64,000 nt of DNA from a virus, in IMG/VR virus record IMGVR_UViG_3300020446_000004, positions 14,570 to 78,569 of that record. One strand, written 5' to 3'. Within the stretch, counting starts at the first letter, position 1; every line of letters starts with the position of its first letter. Positions 10,034-20,900 of the stretch are shown in pieces. Under the pieces are notes generated by a model. It saw only the letters and a list, made by a program, of their open reading frames with translations. It was not told the DNA's origin and ran no database searches. A program made the translations under genes and the position numbers.

Positions 10034-13000
10034 ATGGCAGAATTTAAACTAGATAGATTTAGATATACGTGGCGAGGTGAGTGGCAAGAAAGTACTGTCT
10101 ATAAAAAAGATGATATCGTTTACAATGGTGGTAAAAGTTATGTATGTGTAACTGCACACACAAGTTCATCTAATTTTGCGAACGAATCTGCTAGAATTTT
10201 ACCTGGTTCAAATCCGCCACAACCTGATCCATATTGGATAGTAATGGTAAGCGGTAAAACATTCAGCGGAGTTTATACACAAGGACAAGATTATGCACCT
10301 GGAGAACTTGTATTTTATCAAGGTACGTTACATCTATGTACTATTCCTCATACTGCAACAAGTTTTGGAGAACAAAGTACTTATTGGGAAGATTTTATAG
10401 ATGGCATAGATTATGTAGGAGATTGGGTAAGCGGACTTGATTACGGTGAAGGCGCCCTTGTAAAATACGGCGGTAATGTTTATAGATGTGTAAAAGCTCA
10501 TAGTGCTGGAGCAACATTAGAGGAAAACGTAAGCACTAATAAAAACATTAACTGTTGGGATATGTTCCATCCTGGAATCGAATGGAAAGGAGCATGGGCA
10601 ACTTCGACATTATATGAAAAGAATGACATTGTAAGTTTTGGTGGAGCAATATATGAATGTATAACCACACATACATCAGCCGGTACACAAATAAGTGCAA
10701 CTGATTTTCAGATTAGGTTCACAGGAACAAAATTTAATAATGAGTGGGATAGTAACACTGTTTACTCTATCGGAGATATTGTTAGGTACGGAGGATTTTT
10801 ATACAGTGCTGTAAACACAAATCAAGATAGTCAGCCATCAGTAGTTACAACATTAAACGCAAACGGAGATGTAATAAAAGAAGCAGTAGGCGGTGACTCT
10901 ACGAAGCATTGGATAATACTTGCAAAAACAAATGATTTTGTAGGAGATTGGTCACTAAGCGGAAAATATCAAACTGGAGACGTAGTACAGCGTGGTGGAT
11001 TTTTATATGAAGCAGTACGTGATATAAATTTACAAGACGGAGATGATAGTTCTGCAACAGATTTAGATCCTGAAGTTTGGTTATTACTAGCAAAAGGACA
11101 AAGATGGAAAGCACAATGGACACCAAATACTTTATACTCTCAAGGAGATACAGTTTATTACCTAGGTAGTGCTTACACTTGTACAAACGAGCATACTTCT
11201 AGTTATCCTACGGCTCCTGGAGATTTTGCTGTAGATTTATATGATTATTGGGACCTTAATGTCCAATCTGGAAGACCTGCCGCACTAACAGAAAAAGGTG
11301 ACTTACTTACCTATGATTATTGGAGGTTTGATAATTATGAAGATGATAGTACATTAGGTGATGGAAGATTAGGCATTGGTGAACAAAATCAGATACTTAG
11401 TGTAACTGCTGAACAAGAGATTTTTTGGAGAAATAGAGATTACGAAAATCAGCTTGTGTTTGTAGCTACAAATGGAAAAGATCAAGAAGGATATGGTCGT
11501 GAATGGGAAACACCTTTTCGTACTATTAGACATGCATGTGAATGGATAGAAGATAATTTTAATCCATTAGTTCCTACAAAAGTTGCAGTAGCCGCAGGAG
11601 ATTTTTACGAAATAGGACCAATTAGTATACCAGCTGGATGTGTTGTAATGGGCGATGAATTAAGAGCAACAACAATACATGCAACAGGTCCAATACCTGC
11701 ATATCAAAATGATTATACTTTTCATACAGCTATATTACAAAGGTTTATTTCATTATCTCAAAACCTTGTGCAAAATATACCTGTAGTTATTAGTACAGGA
11801 AATACTACTGAACAGATTAGGAGTTTGCCTGCAGGTTCAAATGATGCTTTTGTTTTTATGAATTCACAATTCTTAATATACAAAGATAGAATACAATACT
11901 TAATTGCCAGTGGTGACACAAATCCTACTATGTCAGGAACAAATACAAAAACAACAGATACAGGTTTAATTAATTCTGTAGCAATTATAAATGCTAACAA
12001 AGAATTTATTGTTCAAGATTGTTTTGCATACATAAAAAATGTATTTCCTGAATTTACAGGTGACTTAGTTCGTATTAGAAACGACATACAAAGTTTTATA
12101 AGAGCAATGACAAGAGATTTAGAATTTCCTGGTACATACGGAACTTTAAAAGCCGCAGATAGATATGCAAGGGCTGTTTTAGGTTCAGGAACTACAGATA
12201 TGTTTTACTGTAGAGATACAACAGGTTTACGTAATTGTACAATAGAAGGACTTACAGGTGGACTTAATCCGCCAGGCGTGTATGATATATATCAAAGACC
12301 AACAGGTGGTGCATGTGTAAGTTTAGATCCTGGTTGGGGACCAGCAGATGAACGTATGTGGATTATGAAAAGATCTCCATATATTCAAGGTGTGACAAAC
12401 ATAGGCGAGCGTTGTTTCGGTAAGGTTGTAAACGGTGCGTTACATAACGGCGGTAATAAGTCAATGACTTCAAACGATTTTACACAAGTTTTGAGTGATG
12501 GAATTGGCGCACATATCTTAAACAATGCAAGAGCTGAACTTGTGTCAGTGTTTACATATTATTGTGCTGTTGGATATCTAGCAGAAAGCGGAGGTATTAT
12601 ACGTGCCACCAACGGAAACAATTCATACGGTAGCTTTGGTTCTGTCTCAGACGGAAACGATCCAACAGAAACACCAGATGCAGTCACAGTAAACAACAGA
12701 GTAAACGAAGCTCTCGTTGATTCAGCATTCGCTGGTGGTTCATCTGATGAACTATTTTTATTCCAGTACGAAAATGCAGGTGAACAATATACAACTGCTG
12801 ATGCTACAATAGTTGGTGCAGGAGATGATGCAAATATAGAATATACTGACTTCAGAGATGGAGGAGTTTTTGAACCTAGACTAATCAATACAAAAGGGTC
12901 AGGAACTGAAGGAGGTAGCGGATTTAAAGTAGAAGCAAATAGTGCCCAAATAACTGTAGATGCCGCAAGCACTATAAGATTAAACGCAAATACGCCTACA

Positions 13001-15613
13001 CAATTTTTAAGTGATATAAACGGTATGAGAATTATTATTACATCAGGTAAAGGAACAGGACAATACGCTTATATCACAGGTTTCAATACAGTTACTAAAG
13101 ATGCAACTGTAGCAAAGGAATCAGATGATACAGCAGGTTGGGATCATATTGTTCCAGGATCAGACTTAGTAGCAGATTTTGATTCTACAACAAATTATAG
13201 AATAGAAGCAAGGATTGAAGCTACTCATCCTGGATTTGTTGCAGTAAACGGAACATTACCAGCCGCAAGAAACTTCAGAGGAGCAACTTGGGGATACCAA
13301 ACTGTAGATTATACAAATATAGCAATTGGTAATGGAACTGGAGATACATTTGATGACGATCCAATACCTGCAAGATTTAATGTGCAAAGAAAAGGCAAAG
13401 ACTACAATTTGACTAAAACAGTTTCTGGAGCAGGATATGCAGTTGGCGATACCTTTACAATACTAGGTACTGCACTTGGCGGAGCTACACCTGCAAATGA
13501 TTGTACAATTACTGTACTCACTGTATCAGACGATAGTACAAATGCAATAGTAACGTTTTCAAGTTCTGGCACCCCAAGAGGTAAAAGATTTGTTGCTGTG
13601 TCTGATCCTAACTTTGTTGCATATTCAGACGATGGCACAACTTGGACAGAATCTAATTTATCTTACACAGGTGATTTTAGAAAAGTTGTAGCTGGACAAG
13701 ACGCATATGTTGCAATGAGTAATGCAACTAACACTGTTAGTTTTTCATATGATGGAGAGACTTGGATAACTAGAAGTTTACCTACTTCAGATAACTGGGT
13801 TGATCTTGCATTTGGAAACGGTTACTTTATAATGATTGCTGAAGGCAGTAATAATGTTGTAACCAGCCAAGATGGACTAACTTGGACTGCACAAACAATC
13901 CCTGACAGTGACGATTCTACTACAGCACAGTGGCAAAAAATTGAATACGGTGCAGGAAGATTTGTTGCTATTTCAGGAAGCGGAAATCAGTCTGCTGTAA
14001 CATCAAATGGTAGTAGCTGGACTCTATATTTAAATGCATTGCCTGCAGGTGATTATGACTTTAGCGGATTTGCATATGGAGATAATAGATTTATTGCAGT
14101 AACATTTGACGGCAAAACTTTATACTCTATTGATAGAGGACAAACATTTAAATCAGGAACAAACATTCCGCAACTTGCAGGAGTTGATTTGCATGTAAAA
14201 GATTTCAAATATTTACAAGGTGTGTTTATGGCTATAGGAGATCAAAGTGTACCTGGAACAGGAGCACCTAGCCCTGCAGCAGATGAGATTGACAGATGTG
14301 CGACCACTGAAGATGGAATTATTTGGACGGAACGTAATCTAAATAATAATGCAAGGCTTTACAGTACACTCGCAGTAGGTAATCCAAATGGCACTGGTAA
14401 ATTTATATGTATGGGAGACGGAGCAACATCTAACGCAACTGCTATTGTTACTACAGGAAAACGTGCAAAATTTAAGGCAAATGTTTTCCAGGGTTCTTTC
14501 CAAAATATTCTAATTTGGGATAGCGGAAGTGGCTATTCAGAACTTAATCCGTGTGCGTTAACAATTACAGACACAACTGTAGTTGTACCACTAGAAATAG
14601 ATATGAGATACGGCAATGGCGTATTATCTCAACCAGATTTTATTAACAGGGGAGCAGGTTATAGAAGTAGTAGTTCCACAATTACAATTACAGGAGATGG
14701 ATACGCTGATATCATATCCGAAACAAATGAAGTTGTATTTGATGGAGTAGGCACTGTTCCTGGACCAGGTGTACAAATTAGATTTTCTACATTACCTGAT
14801 TTAGATACGGAAGATCCAGATGATTTAAAATTATATACTGGAGTAAAAATAACTGATTTAGGAGATGATGGAAGTGGAAATAATACTAGAACAGTAAGAT
14901 TTACCATTAGTCCAAGATTACGTAATGAAAACAATATGCTTCATGGTACAGCAGCCACATTAAGAAGCGGGTATAGTCAATGTAGAATTACAGGACACGA
15001 TTTCCTCGATATAGGAACAGGTAATTTTGAAGAAACCAATTATCCACAAATTTATGCATCTGGAAACTTTTTTACAGCATCGCCAGAAAATGAAGTTGAA
15101 GAATTAAATGGTGGTAGAGTGTTCTATGTATCAACTGACCAAGACGGTAACTTTAGAGCTGGAGAATTATTTAGTGTCCAACAGGCGACAGGTATTGTAA
15201 CAATTAGTGCAGAATTTTTTGATCTAGATGGATTAAGTTCGTTATCATTAGGAGGTGTTAGACTAGGTGGGTCTGGTGCTGTAATTAACGAATTTAGTAC
15301 AGATGCTACATTTAGTGCAGATAGTAATAATATTGTTCCTACACAAAAAGCTATCGCTACATTCTTAGCAGATAGATTATCTGTTGGTGGTTCAGATCTT
15401 GAAACAAACGGCATTATAGCAGGTAGAGTCAAGGTAGGAACAGATACAAATGAAATAAGCATGACAGACGACTCTTATTTAAATGTTAACACTGTAGTAA
15501 AATTTGATGGCAAAGATGCAAACAATAATTTAACAGGTATACAAGGAACAATAATAAGTCAAATGTTGTTTACTCGTGAATATATATCGGAAGTTCAGGG
15601 TGGACAAAGTTAA
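10034..15613 (+). CDS. Giant virion appendage protein with carbohydrate-binding-like W...Y..GD.V.Y.G..Y.C...H repeats, a beta-helix and an Asp-box propeller
   Basis: 1859 aa. About seven N-terminal repeats resembling CBM5/12; GDELR cap; SNDFTQVLSDGIG...RAELVSVFTYY; S.DG.TW repeats; C-terminal TGHDFLDIGTG...STDQDGNFR. Confidence 0.7.
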   Translation: MAEFKLDRFRYTWRGEWQESTVYKKDDIVYNGGKSYVCVTAHTSSSNFANESARILPGSNPPQPDPYWIVMVSGKTFSGVYTQGQDYAPGELVFYQGTLHLCTIPHTATSFGEQSTYWEDFIDGIDYVGDWVSGLDYGEGALVKYGGNVYRCVKAHSAGATLEENVSTNKNINCWDMFHPGIEWKGAWATSTLYEKNDIVSFGGAIYECITTHTSAGTQISATDFQIRFTGTKFNNEWDSNTVYSIGDIVRYGGFLYSAVNTNQDSQPSVVTTLNANGDVIKEAVGGDSTKHWIILAKTNDFVGDWSLSGKYQTGDVVQRGGFLYEAVRDINLQDGDDSSATDLDPEVWLLLAKGQRWKAQWTPNTLYSQGDTVYYLGSAYTCTNEHTSSYPTAPGDFAVDLYDYWDLNVQSGRPAALTEKGDLLTYDYWRFDNYEDDSTLGDGRLGIGEQNQILSVTAEQEIFWRNRDYENQLVFVATNGKDQEGYGREWETPFRTIRHACEWIEDNFNPLVPTKVAVAAGDFYEIGPISIPAGCVVMGDELRATTIHATGPIPAYQNDYTFHTAILQRFISLSQNLVQNIPVVISTGNTTEQIRSLPAGSNDAFVFMNSQFLIYKDRIQYLIASGDTNPTMSGTNTKTTDTGLINSVAIINANKEFIVQDCFAYIKNVFPEFTGDLVRIRNDIQSFIRAMTRDLEFPGTYGTLKAADRYARAVLGSGTTDMFYCRDTTGLRNCTIEGLTGGLNPPGVYDIYQRPTGGACVSLDPGWGPADERMWIMKRSPYIQGVTNIGERCFGKVVNGALHNGGNKSMTSNDFTQVLSDGIGAHILNNARAELVSVFTYYCAVGYLAESGGIIRATNGNNSYGSFGSVSDGNDPTETPDAVTVNNRVNEALVDSAFAGGSSDELFLFQYENAGEQYTTADATIVGAGDDANIEYTDFRDGGVFEPRLINTKGSGTEGGSGFKVEANSAQITVDAASTIRLNANTPTQFLSDINGMRIIITSGKGTGQYAYITGFNTVTKDATVAKESDDTAGWDHIVPGSDLVADFDSTTNYRIEARIEATHPGFVAVNGTLPAARNFRGATWGYQTVDYTNIAIGNGTGDTFDDDPIPARFNVQRKGKDYNLTKTVSGAGYAVGDTFTILGTALGGATPANDCTITVLTVSDDSTNAIVTFSSSGTPRGKRFVAVSDPNFVAYSDDGTTWTESNLSYTGDFRKVVAGQDAYVAMSNATNTVSFSYDGETWITRSLPTSDNWVDLAFGNGYFIMIAEGSNNVVTSQDGLTWTAQTIPDSDDSTTAQWQKIEYGAGRFVAISGSGNQSAVTSNGSSWTLYLNALPAGDYDFSGFAYGDNRFIAVTFDGKTLYSIDRGQTFKSGTNIPQLAGVDLHVKDFKYLQGVFMAIGDQSVPGTGAPSPAADEIDRCATTEDGIIWTERNLNNNARLYSTLAVGNPNGTGKFICMGDGATSNATAIVTTGKRAKFKANVFQGSFQNILIWDSGSGYSELNPCALTITDTTVVVPLEIDMRYGNGVLSQPDFINRGAGYRSSSSTITITGDGYADIISETNEVVFDGVGTVPGPGVQIRFSTLPDLDTEDPDDLKLYTGVKITDLGDDGSGNNTRTVRFTISPRLRNENNMLHGTAATLRSGYSQCRITGHDFLDIGTGNFEETNYPQIYASGNFFTASPENEVEELNGGRVFYVSTDQDGNFRAGELFSVQQATGIVTISAEFFDLDGLSSLSLGGVRLGGSGAVINEFSTDATFSADSNNIVPTQKAIATFLADRLSVGGSDLETNGIIAGRVKVGTDTNEISMTDDSYLNVNTVVKFDGKDANNNLTGIQGTIISQMLFTREYISEVQGGQS

Positions 15614-15625
15614 TGATGAATCAAC

Positions 15626-15631
15626 TAAATA
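15626..15631 (+). promoter_or_regulatory. T4-type late promoter core TAAATA
   Basis: CTAAATACAG in the intergenic gap before ATG 15650, followed by an ACGGAG SD. Confidence 0.55.
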
Positions 15632-15649
15632 CAGTAACGGAGCAATTAA

Positions 15650-17902
15650 ATGGCAGAATTTAAGTTAGGTAGAATTAGATTTGTATGGAAAAGTAGTTGG
15701 ACAACTGCTACTACATACTATAAAGATGATGTTGTAGAATATGGCGGAAAGTTGTACATCTGTGTTATAGGACACGATAGTTCAGCTGCATTCTTTACTG
15801 ATTTAGATATAGTTCCTACAAAATGGAATATAGTAAGTGACGGACAAAAATGGCTAGGAGACTGGCAACCACAAACTGCTTACATTAGAGATAATATTGT
15901 ACGTTACGGCGCAACAGTTTATATTTGTAAAACTGATCATACTTCTGCAGTTGATTCTAGCACAGGTTTAGAACCAGATATTGCAAAATGGGAAGTTTTT
16001 GCTACAGGTTTAGATTTCAAAGGTGATTGGTCTACAACATTTGATTACAAGGCAAATGATCTTGTAAAATATGGTGGATCAACATATGTATGTAACACAT
16101 ATCACATATCAGCAGCCACAGCAAGTTTAGGTTTAGAAGCAGACCAATCAAAATGGACAATATTCAATCAAGGATTTGATTGGAAAGGTGATTGGGCATA
16201 TCCTATAAGATATAAAATTAATGACGTTGTAAAGTTTGGTGCAAGTTTATGGATTGTAAATACCCATCATACATCACAAAGCACTTTCGCTGCAGATAGT
16301 TCAAAATGGACAAAGTTTGTTGAAGGTTTTCAATATGAAAATAGCTTTAGTATAACAAAAGGTTATCAACCTGGTGATGTCGTACAATACGGTGGCAATA
16401 GTTACATAGCAAGAAATGATACAATTGGCGTCAAGCCAGGAGTAATGGGTGGTGCAATTTCTGGTGCATCACAAGCAACAGAAATTGTAATTACAAGCAA
16501 CTTACATGAACTTTATAATGGAGTAAGAATTAAAATTACAGGTGTTGTAGGTATGACTCAACTTAATAATAACAAATATTATGTTGGTTCAGTAACTGCA
16601 AATACATACAAACTTTATACTGATAGTGCATTATCAACAGCAGTAGATTCAAGTGCATTTTCTGCATATACTTCAGGCGGAAACTGGATAGTAGAAGAAG
16701 CAGACATAGCAAACTGGAGTTTGTTTGCTAGAGGTTTAAGATTTATTGGAGATTGGGGAGCTGATTCTACAAATGTACAATATCTTCCTGGAGATGTAGT
16801 TAGATTAGGCGGATACACATATCGTTGTATAACTGAACATAACTCCAAGCAACCACCAGCAACTACTTATTGGCAAAAATTAAATACAGGATTTAGTTGG
16901 CGCGGAACTTGGTTAGATGACCAAGAATATTTCTTAGGTGATACAGTACGCTATGGTGATAATAGTTATGTATGTGTACTAGGACATATTTCAGAAGGCG
17001 ATGACGGGTCAACTGGTGATCCGGACAATACAGGCGGAGTTTCAGCAGGTAATTCTAGACCAGATCAAGACACAACTGGTACATATTGGAACGTTATTGC
17101 AATAGGCACAGAACAAAGTGTATTAACTACAAAAGGTGATATGGTTTACTATAGTGGTAGTGCACCTGTAAGATTACCAATTGGTCAAGATGGACAGGTG
17201 TTAACTGTTGGGTCAGCTGGAGTTCCTAATTGGGAATTTTTAGGACAAAGCGTTGACGTATATTATGTAGCAGAACATGGCACTGATAATCCTGCTCCTA
17301 TATACGGAAAAAATATTGATAGACCTTTCAAAAGTATTAGGTATGCGGCTCAACAAGTTGAAAGAGGTACAAAAGCACCTGATGCTACAAGACTATTGGA
17401 GATGAATAGAAGATTTATTCAAAGAGAAATTGTTGAATGGACTGAATATCAGGTTGCAAATAATATTTCTCCATTTACATCTAGTTTCAAATATGATAGT
17501 AAAAAATGTGAAAGAGATATGGGTTATATTATAGATGCTTTCATACATGATTTAAGACTTGGCGGAAACGTAAAATCAAGAGAAGCGGCACTTGAATACG
17601 TAACTAATCCTGGAAAGTTTTATACGTTAGGACAAGAAGCAGAAACAGTGGCAAGTATTAATTATGGAATTAGTTTAATTCAAAAAGTGTTGGCGCAACA
17701 AGCACCAGCAACAAATTATCAAACAACAAACGGAGACAATTCAACAAGAATTGTTCCACAATATTTTGAAACTGCATTAGGTGCTCAAGATGCAGTAGAA
17801 TACGAGGGAGTCATCAGCGGTAGTAGTACTGGTGGTACTTACTCAGATGCGACACCTGGAGGAGGCTATAATCCAGGTGGTGGCAACGGCGGAGGTTACT
17901 AA
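15650..17902 (+). CDS. N-terminal part of a split giant appendage protein (CBM-like repeats, FCCH-like insert)
   Basis: 750 aa. MAEFKL start as in 10034; the same W/Y/C/H repeats; HELYNGVRIKITGVVGMTQLNN insert; ends part-way through a domain that continues in 17902..24942. Confidence 0.7.
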   Translation: MAEFKLGRIRFVWKSSWTTATTYYKDDVVEYGGKLYICVIGHDSSAAFFTDLDIVPTKWNIVSDGQKWLGDWQPQTAYIRDNIVRYGATVYICKTDHTSAVDSSTGLEPDIAKWEVFATGLDFKGDWSTTFDYKANDLVKYGGSTYVCNTYHISAATASLGLEADQSKWTIFNQGFDWKGDWAYPIRYKINDVVKFGASLWIVNTHHTSQSTFAADSSKWTKFVEGFQYENSFSITKGYQPGDVVQYGGNSYIARNDTIGVKPGVMGGAISGASQATEIVITSNLHELYNGVRIKITGVVGMTQLNNNKYYVGSVTANTYKLYTDSALSTAVDSSAFSAYTSGGNWIVEEADIANWSLFARGLRFIGDWGADSTNVQYLPGDVVRLGGYTYRCITEHNSKQPPATTYWQKLNTGFSWRGTWLDDQEYFLGDTVRYGDNSYVCVLGHISEGDDGSTGDPDNTGGVSAGNSRPDQDTTGTYWNVIAIGTEQSVLTTKGDMVYYSGSAPVRLPIGQDGQVLTVGSAGVPNWEFLGQSVDVYYVAEHGTDNPAPIYGKNIDRPFKSIRYAAQQVERGTKAPDATRLLEMNRRFIQREIVEWTEYQVANNISPFTSSFKYDSKKCERDMGYIIDAFIHDLRLGGNVKSREAALEYVTNPGKFYTLGQEAETVASINYGISLIQKVLAQQAPATNYQTTNGDNSTRIVPQYFETALGAQDAVEYEGVISGSSTGGTYSDATPGGGYNPGGGNGGGY

Positions 17903-20900
17903 TGGCTACAGTATATGAAACAATACAAGATTTAGGAAAAATAATTACGGATGCTGTAACAGCAGGTAACAGTACAAATATTCCTGCAAGGGCAATACGT
18001 AAAACACTAATCAAAGTAACAACAGGACAATATAGAGAAGTTCTTCCAATTATTGTTCCTGCAGAATGTTGTATAATGGGTGATGAATTACGTGCAGTAA
18101 ACGTACAACCACGTAAAGCAACCAACAGCACTTTGACACCGAGAAGTGATTACAAATATTCAAGTAAAGCACTTGAGAGAATTGAAAAAGTTGTAGGTAA
18201 TGTAGCAGCCGGACTTACAATGACCCCAACTACAGGGAATACATTAACCCAAACAGTAGCATATCCATACGCAGAAACTCCGCAAGCATGGGAAGGTGTA
18301 ACTAGACAGGTGCGTGGCATAAGAAGAAGTATTGATGCACAACTAGGTGACAAACTTTACGCTGAATTGCCTAAGCCTTGGGAAATGACAAACACTAATG
18401 CTGGTAGAGGAAGAGATTTATTTCTTCTAAATAAACAATTTATACAAACAGAAACCACCGCATACATAGCTGAAAACTATCCTAATATGAAATATGGTAG
18501 AACAAAATGTAAGCAAGATATAGGATTTTTGTTAGATGCTGTTGCATATGACCTAACATTTGGAGGTAACTGGCAAAGTGTGATCGCAGGTAATGCATAT
18601 TACACAGGTACACAACTTAATATTCCTGCTGATACTAAAGCCGCTACACTGGCCGCATATGGCTTTTTAAAACAGCTTGTGCAAACTGTACAACGTAATA
18701 TCACTGTGACTCCGTTGCTACAAACTGATGTTGCACAAATTGCTGGCACAGGCGGTACAGCAAGTGAATCTACAACAATAGGAAACTTGTTCGATGATAT
18801 TATTGACATAATAGACAATGGAATAGGTGCTGTATCTATTGTATATCCAAGTGTAGCAAACACAAACGCACTTACTTTTGCAGATTCAAATGACATTGAT
18901 TCAAATAAGGCCGCAGTAGCACTTGATACTATTGATTTTATTAACTACAACTTCGGTAGCTACAAACATGATTCTAGCATATGTCGTAGAGACTTAGAAA
19001 TATTATCTGAAGGCGCACAAAATGATGTACTTACAGGGTCAAACTATAATGCATTACAAGCTGGTAGAGCGTATAATAGAGTTTCAAGCACATATTTACT
19101 TGGAGCACAAAAAACACAAACAGTTGGTGCAATAAGAAAATATAGAGACGAAATAATCGATGATTTGACCGATGCAACATATATTACTAGAACAAGAAAT
19201 TTCTATAATGAAGTAATTGATATTATACAAAATGGTCTAACAGCGGCAAACACTGCAACATTTCCATCGTATAACTCTGCTCAAGATAAACAAGATGCAA
19301 TGACAAACCTCACAGCAAATAAAACTTTTATAGAAGATGATGTGATACAGTATGTTGAAAATACATACAATAATCCTCCAGGATCATTTATATATGATTC
19401 AGATAATTTAAGGAAATATGTAGGCGATGCAGTAGAAGGTATGGCATTTGATATTATGTATGGTGGAAACATAGCACAGGTAAGAACTGCAAAAAGTTTC
19501 TTTGATGAGCCCGGAACAGTTAGAGAAGCATTCCTAATCACAGGCAAAGCAACACAATATGCTGGCGCACTGACACATATGTCAAGTATTTGTCAACAAA
19601 TTGTACAAGAGCAAGCAGTTACAAAACAAACAGGTAATACTCAAACACAAAGCACTGCCGGTTCTCCTGCAAGTGCGACTGAGGCAACACAGGTTAACAC
19701 GTTTTTAACTGAAAGTATAAATGCTTTAAACGCAGGTGTAGCTACTGGAATAAGTTCAATAACAGAAGTTACAAGCACAGAAACAGGACAAACTGCAACT
19801 GATTATGCATTATTTGATACTAACAGGGACAGCATTATTGCAACAGTATTACAATATGTTACTGATACGTATAACGATTTCAAATACAATCACGCAAAAT
19901 GTACAAACGATTTAAGTGATATATTTGATGCGGCTCGCTATGATGCAATGCTTGACACAAATTATGCAAGTATCATAACAGCATTAAGCTATAGAAGAGC
20001 AAATAGTGGTAAAACTATAGGAGATCAAAAAGACGCTACTATCGCAGCACATAAGTTTGCATTTAAACAAATGAAAGCACTTCTGAATGACGGAAGTATT
20101 CGTCAAGAAGCAATGACAAGACAATTAGATGAAACTTTACAATGGATGAACGACATTATGTGGACAGCAAGTCCTGAAGGTGCTAATAAGCAGGTAGCAG
20201 ATCCTGAAATATATAATTCAAATTATCAACTAGAAACAAACAAAGAATGGTTAGTACAAGAAGCTATTAACGAAGCAGATCAATGCTACAGAGCGGCTGT
20301 ATCAAAAGTTGAAGCAAACGGAACTGTTCATGTTGCAGATACAAGTTGGTTGACTCCAAATATGGAAGTTAAGTTTTTTAACTATGATGATAGTACAAGT
20401 GCAGTAGCTGAAATTGGTACAACAACAGAAACAGCATTTTATGTAAAAGAAATTGTAAATGATACGAGCTTTACAGTAAGTACAAGTGTAAACGGAAGTG
20501 CATTTACTTTTGATCCTACACAGTCTGCATATCAATACAACAAAGGAAAATGTCGTAGAGATACAGGATATATTTTAGAAGGTGTTGGTTATGATATTGC
20601 ACTAGGAACAAACTATAATGCTGTTACTAGCGGAAATTTATATAGACAAAGTTATGCAAGCGAAAGTTTTGGAGCTCAACTTGTTCAAACTACAGCTGGT
20701 ATTAATTTTTCCAAAGCAAGGGTAGCTGAACTTTACAAAGTTAGAACAAGCACAACAGGATTATCTAGAGCAAATGCAGCCTTTACAGAAATAGTAGATA
20801 TTTTGAATAATGGCCTAGGAAACGCAAATGCATTAACATTTCCTGTTCCATCTACAACTTCAACAAACAAGCAAAATGCAGTTGCACAGCTAATTGCAAA

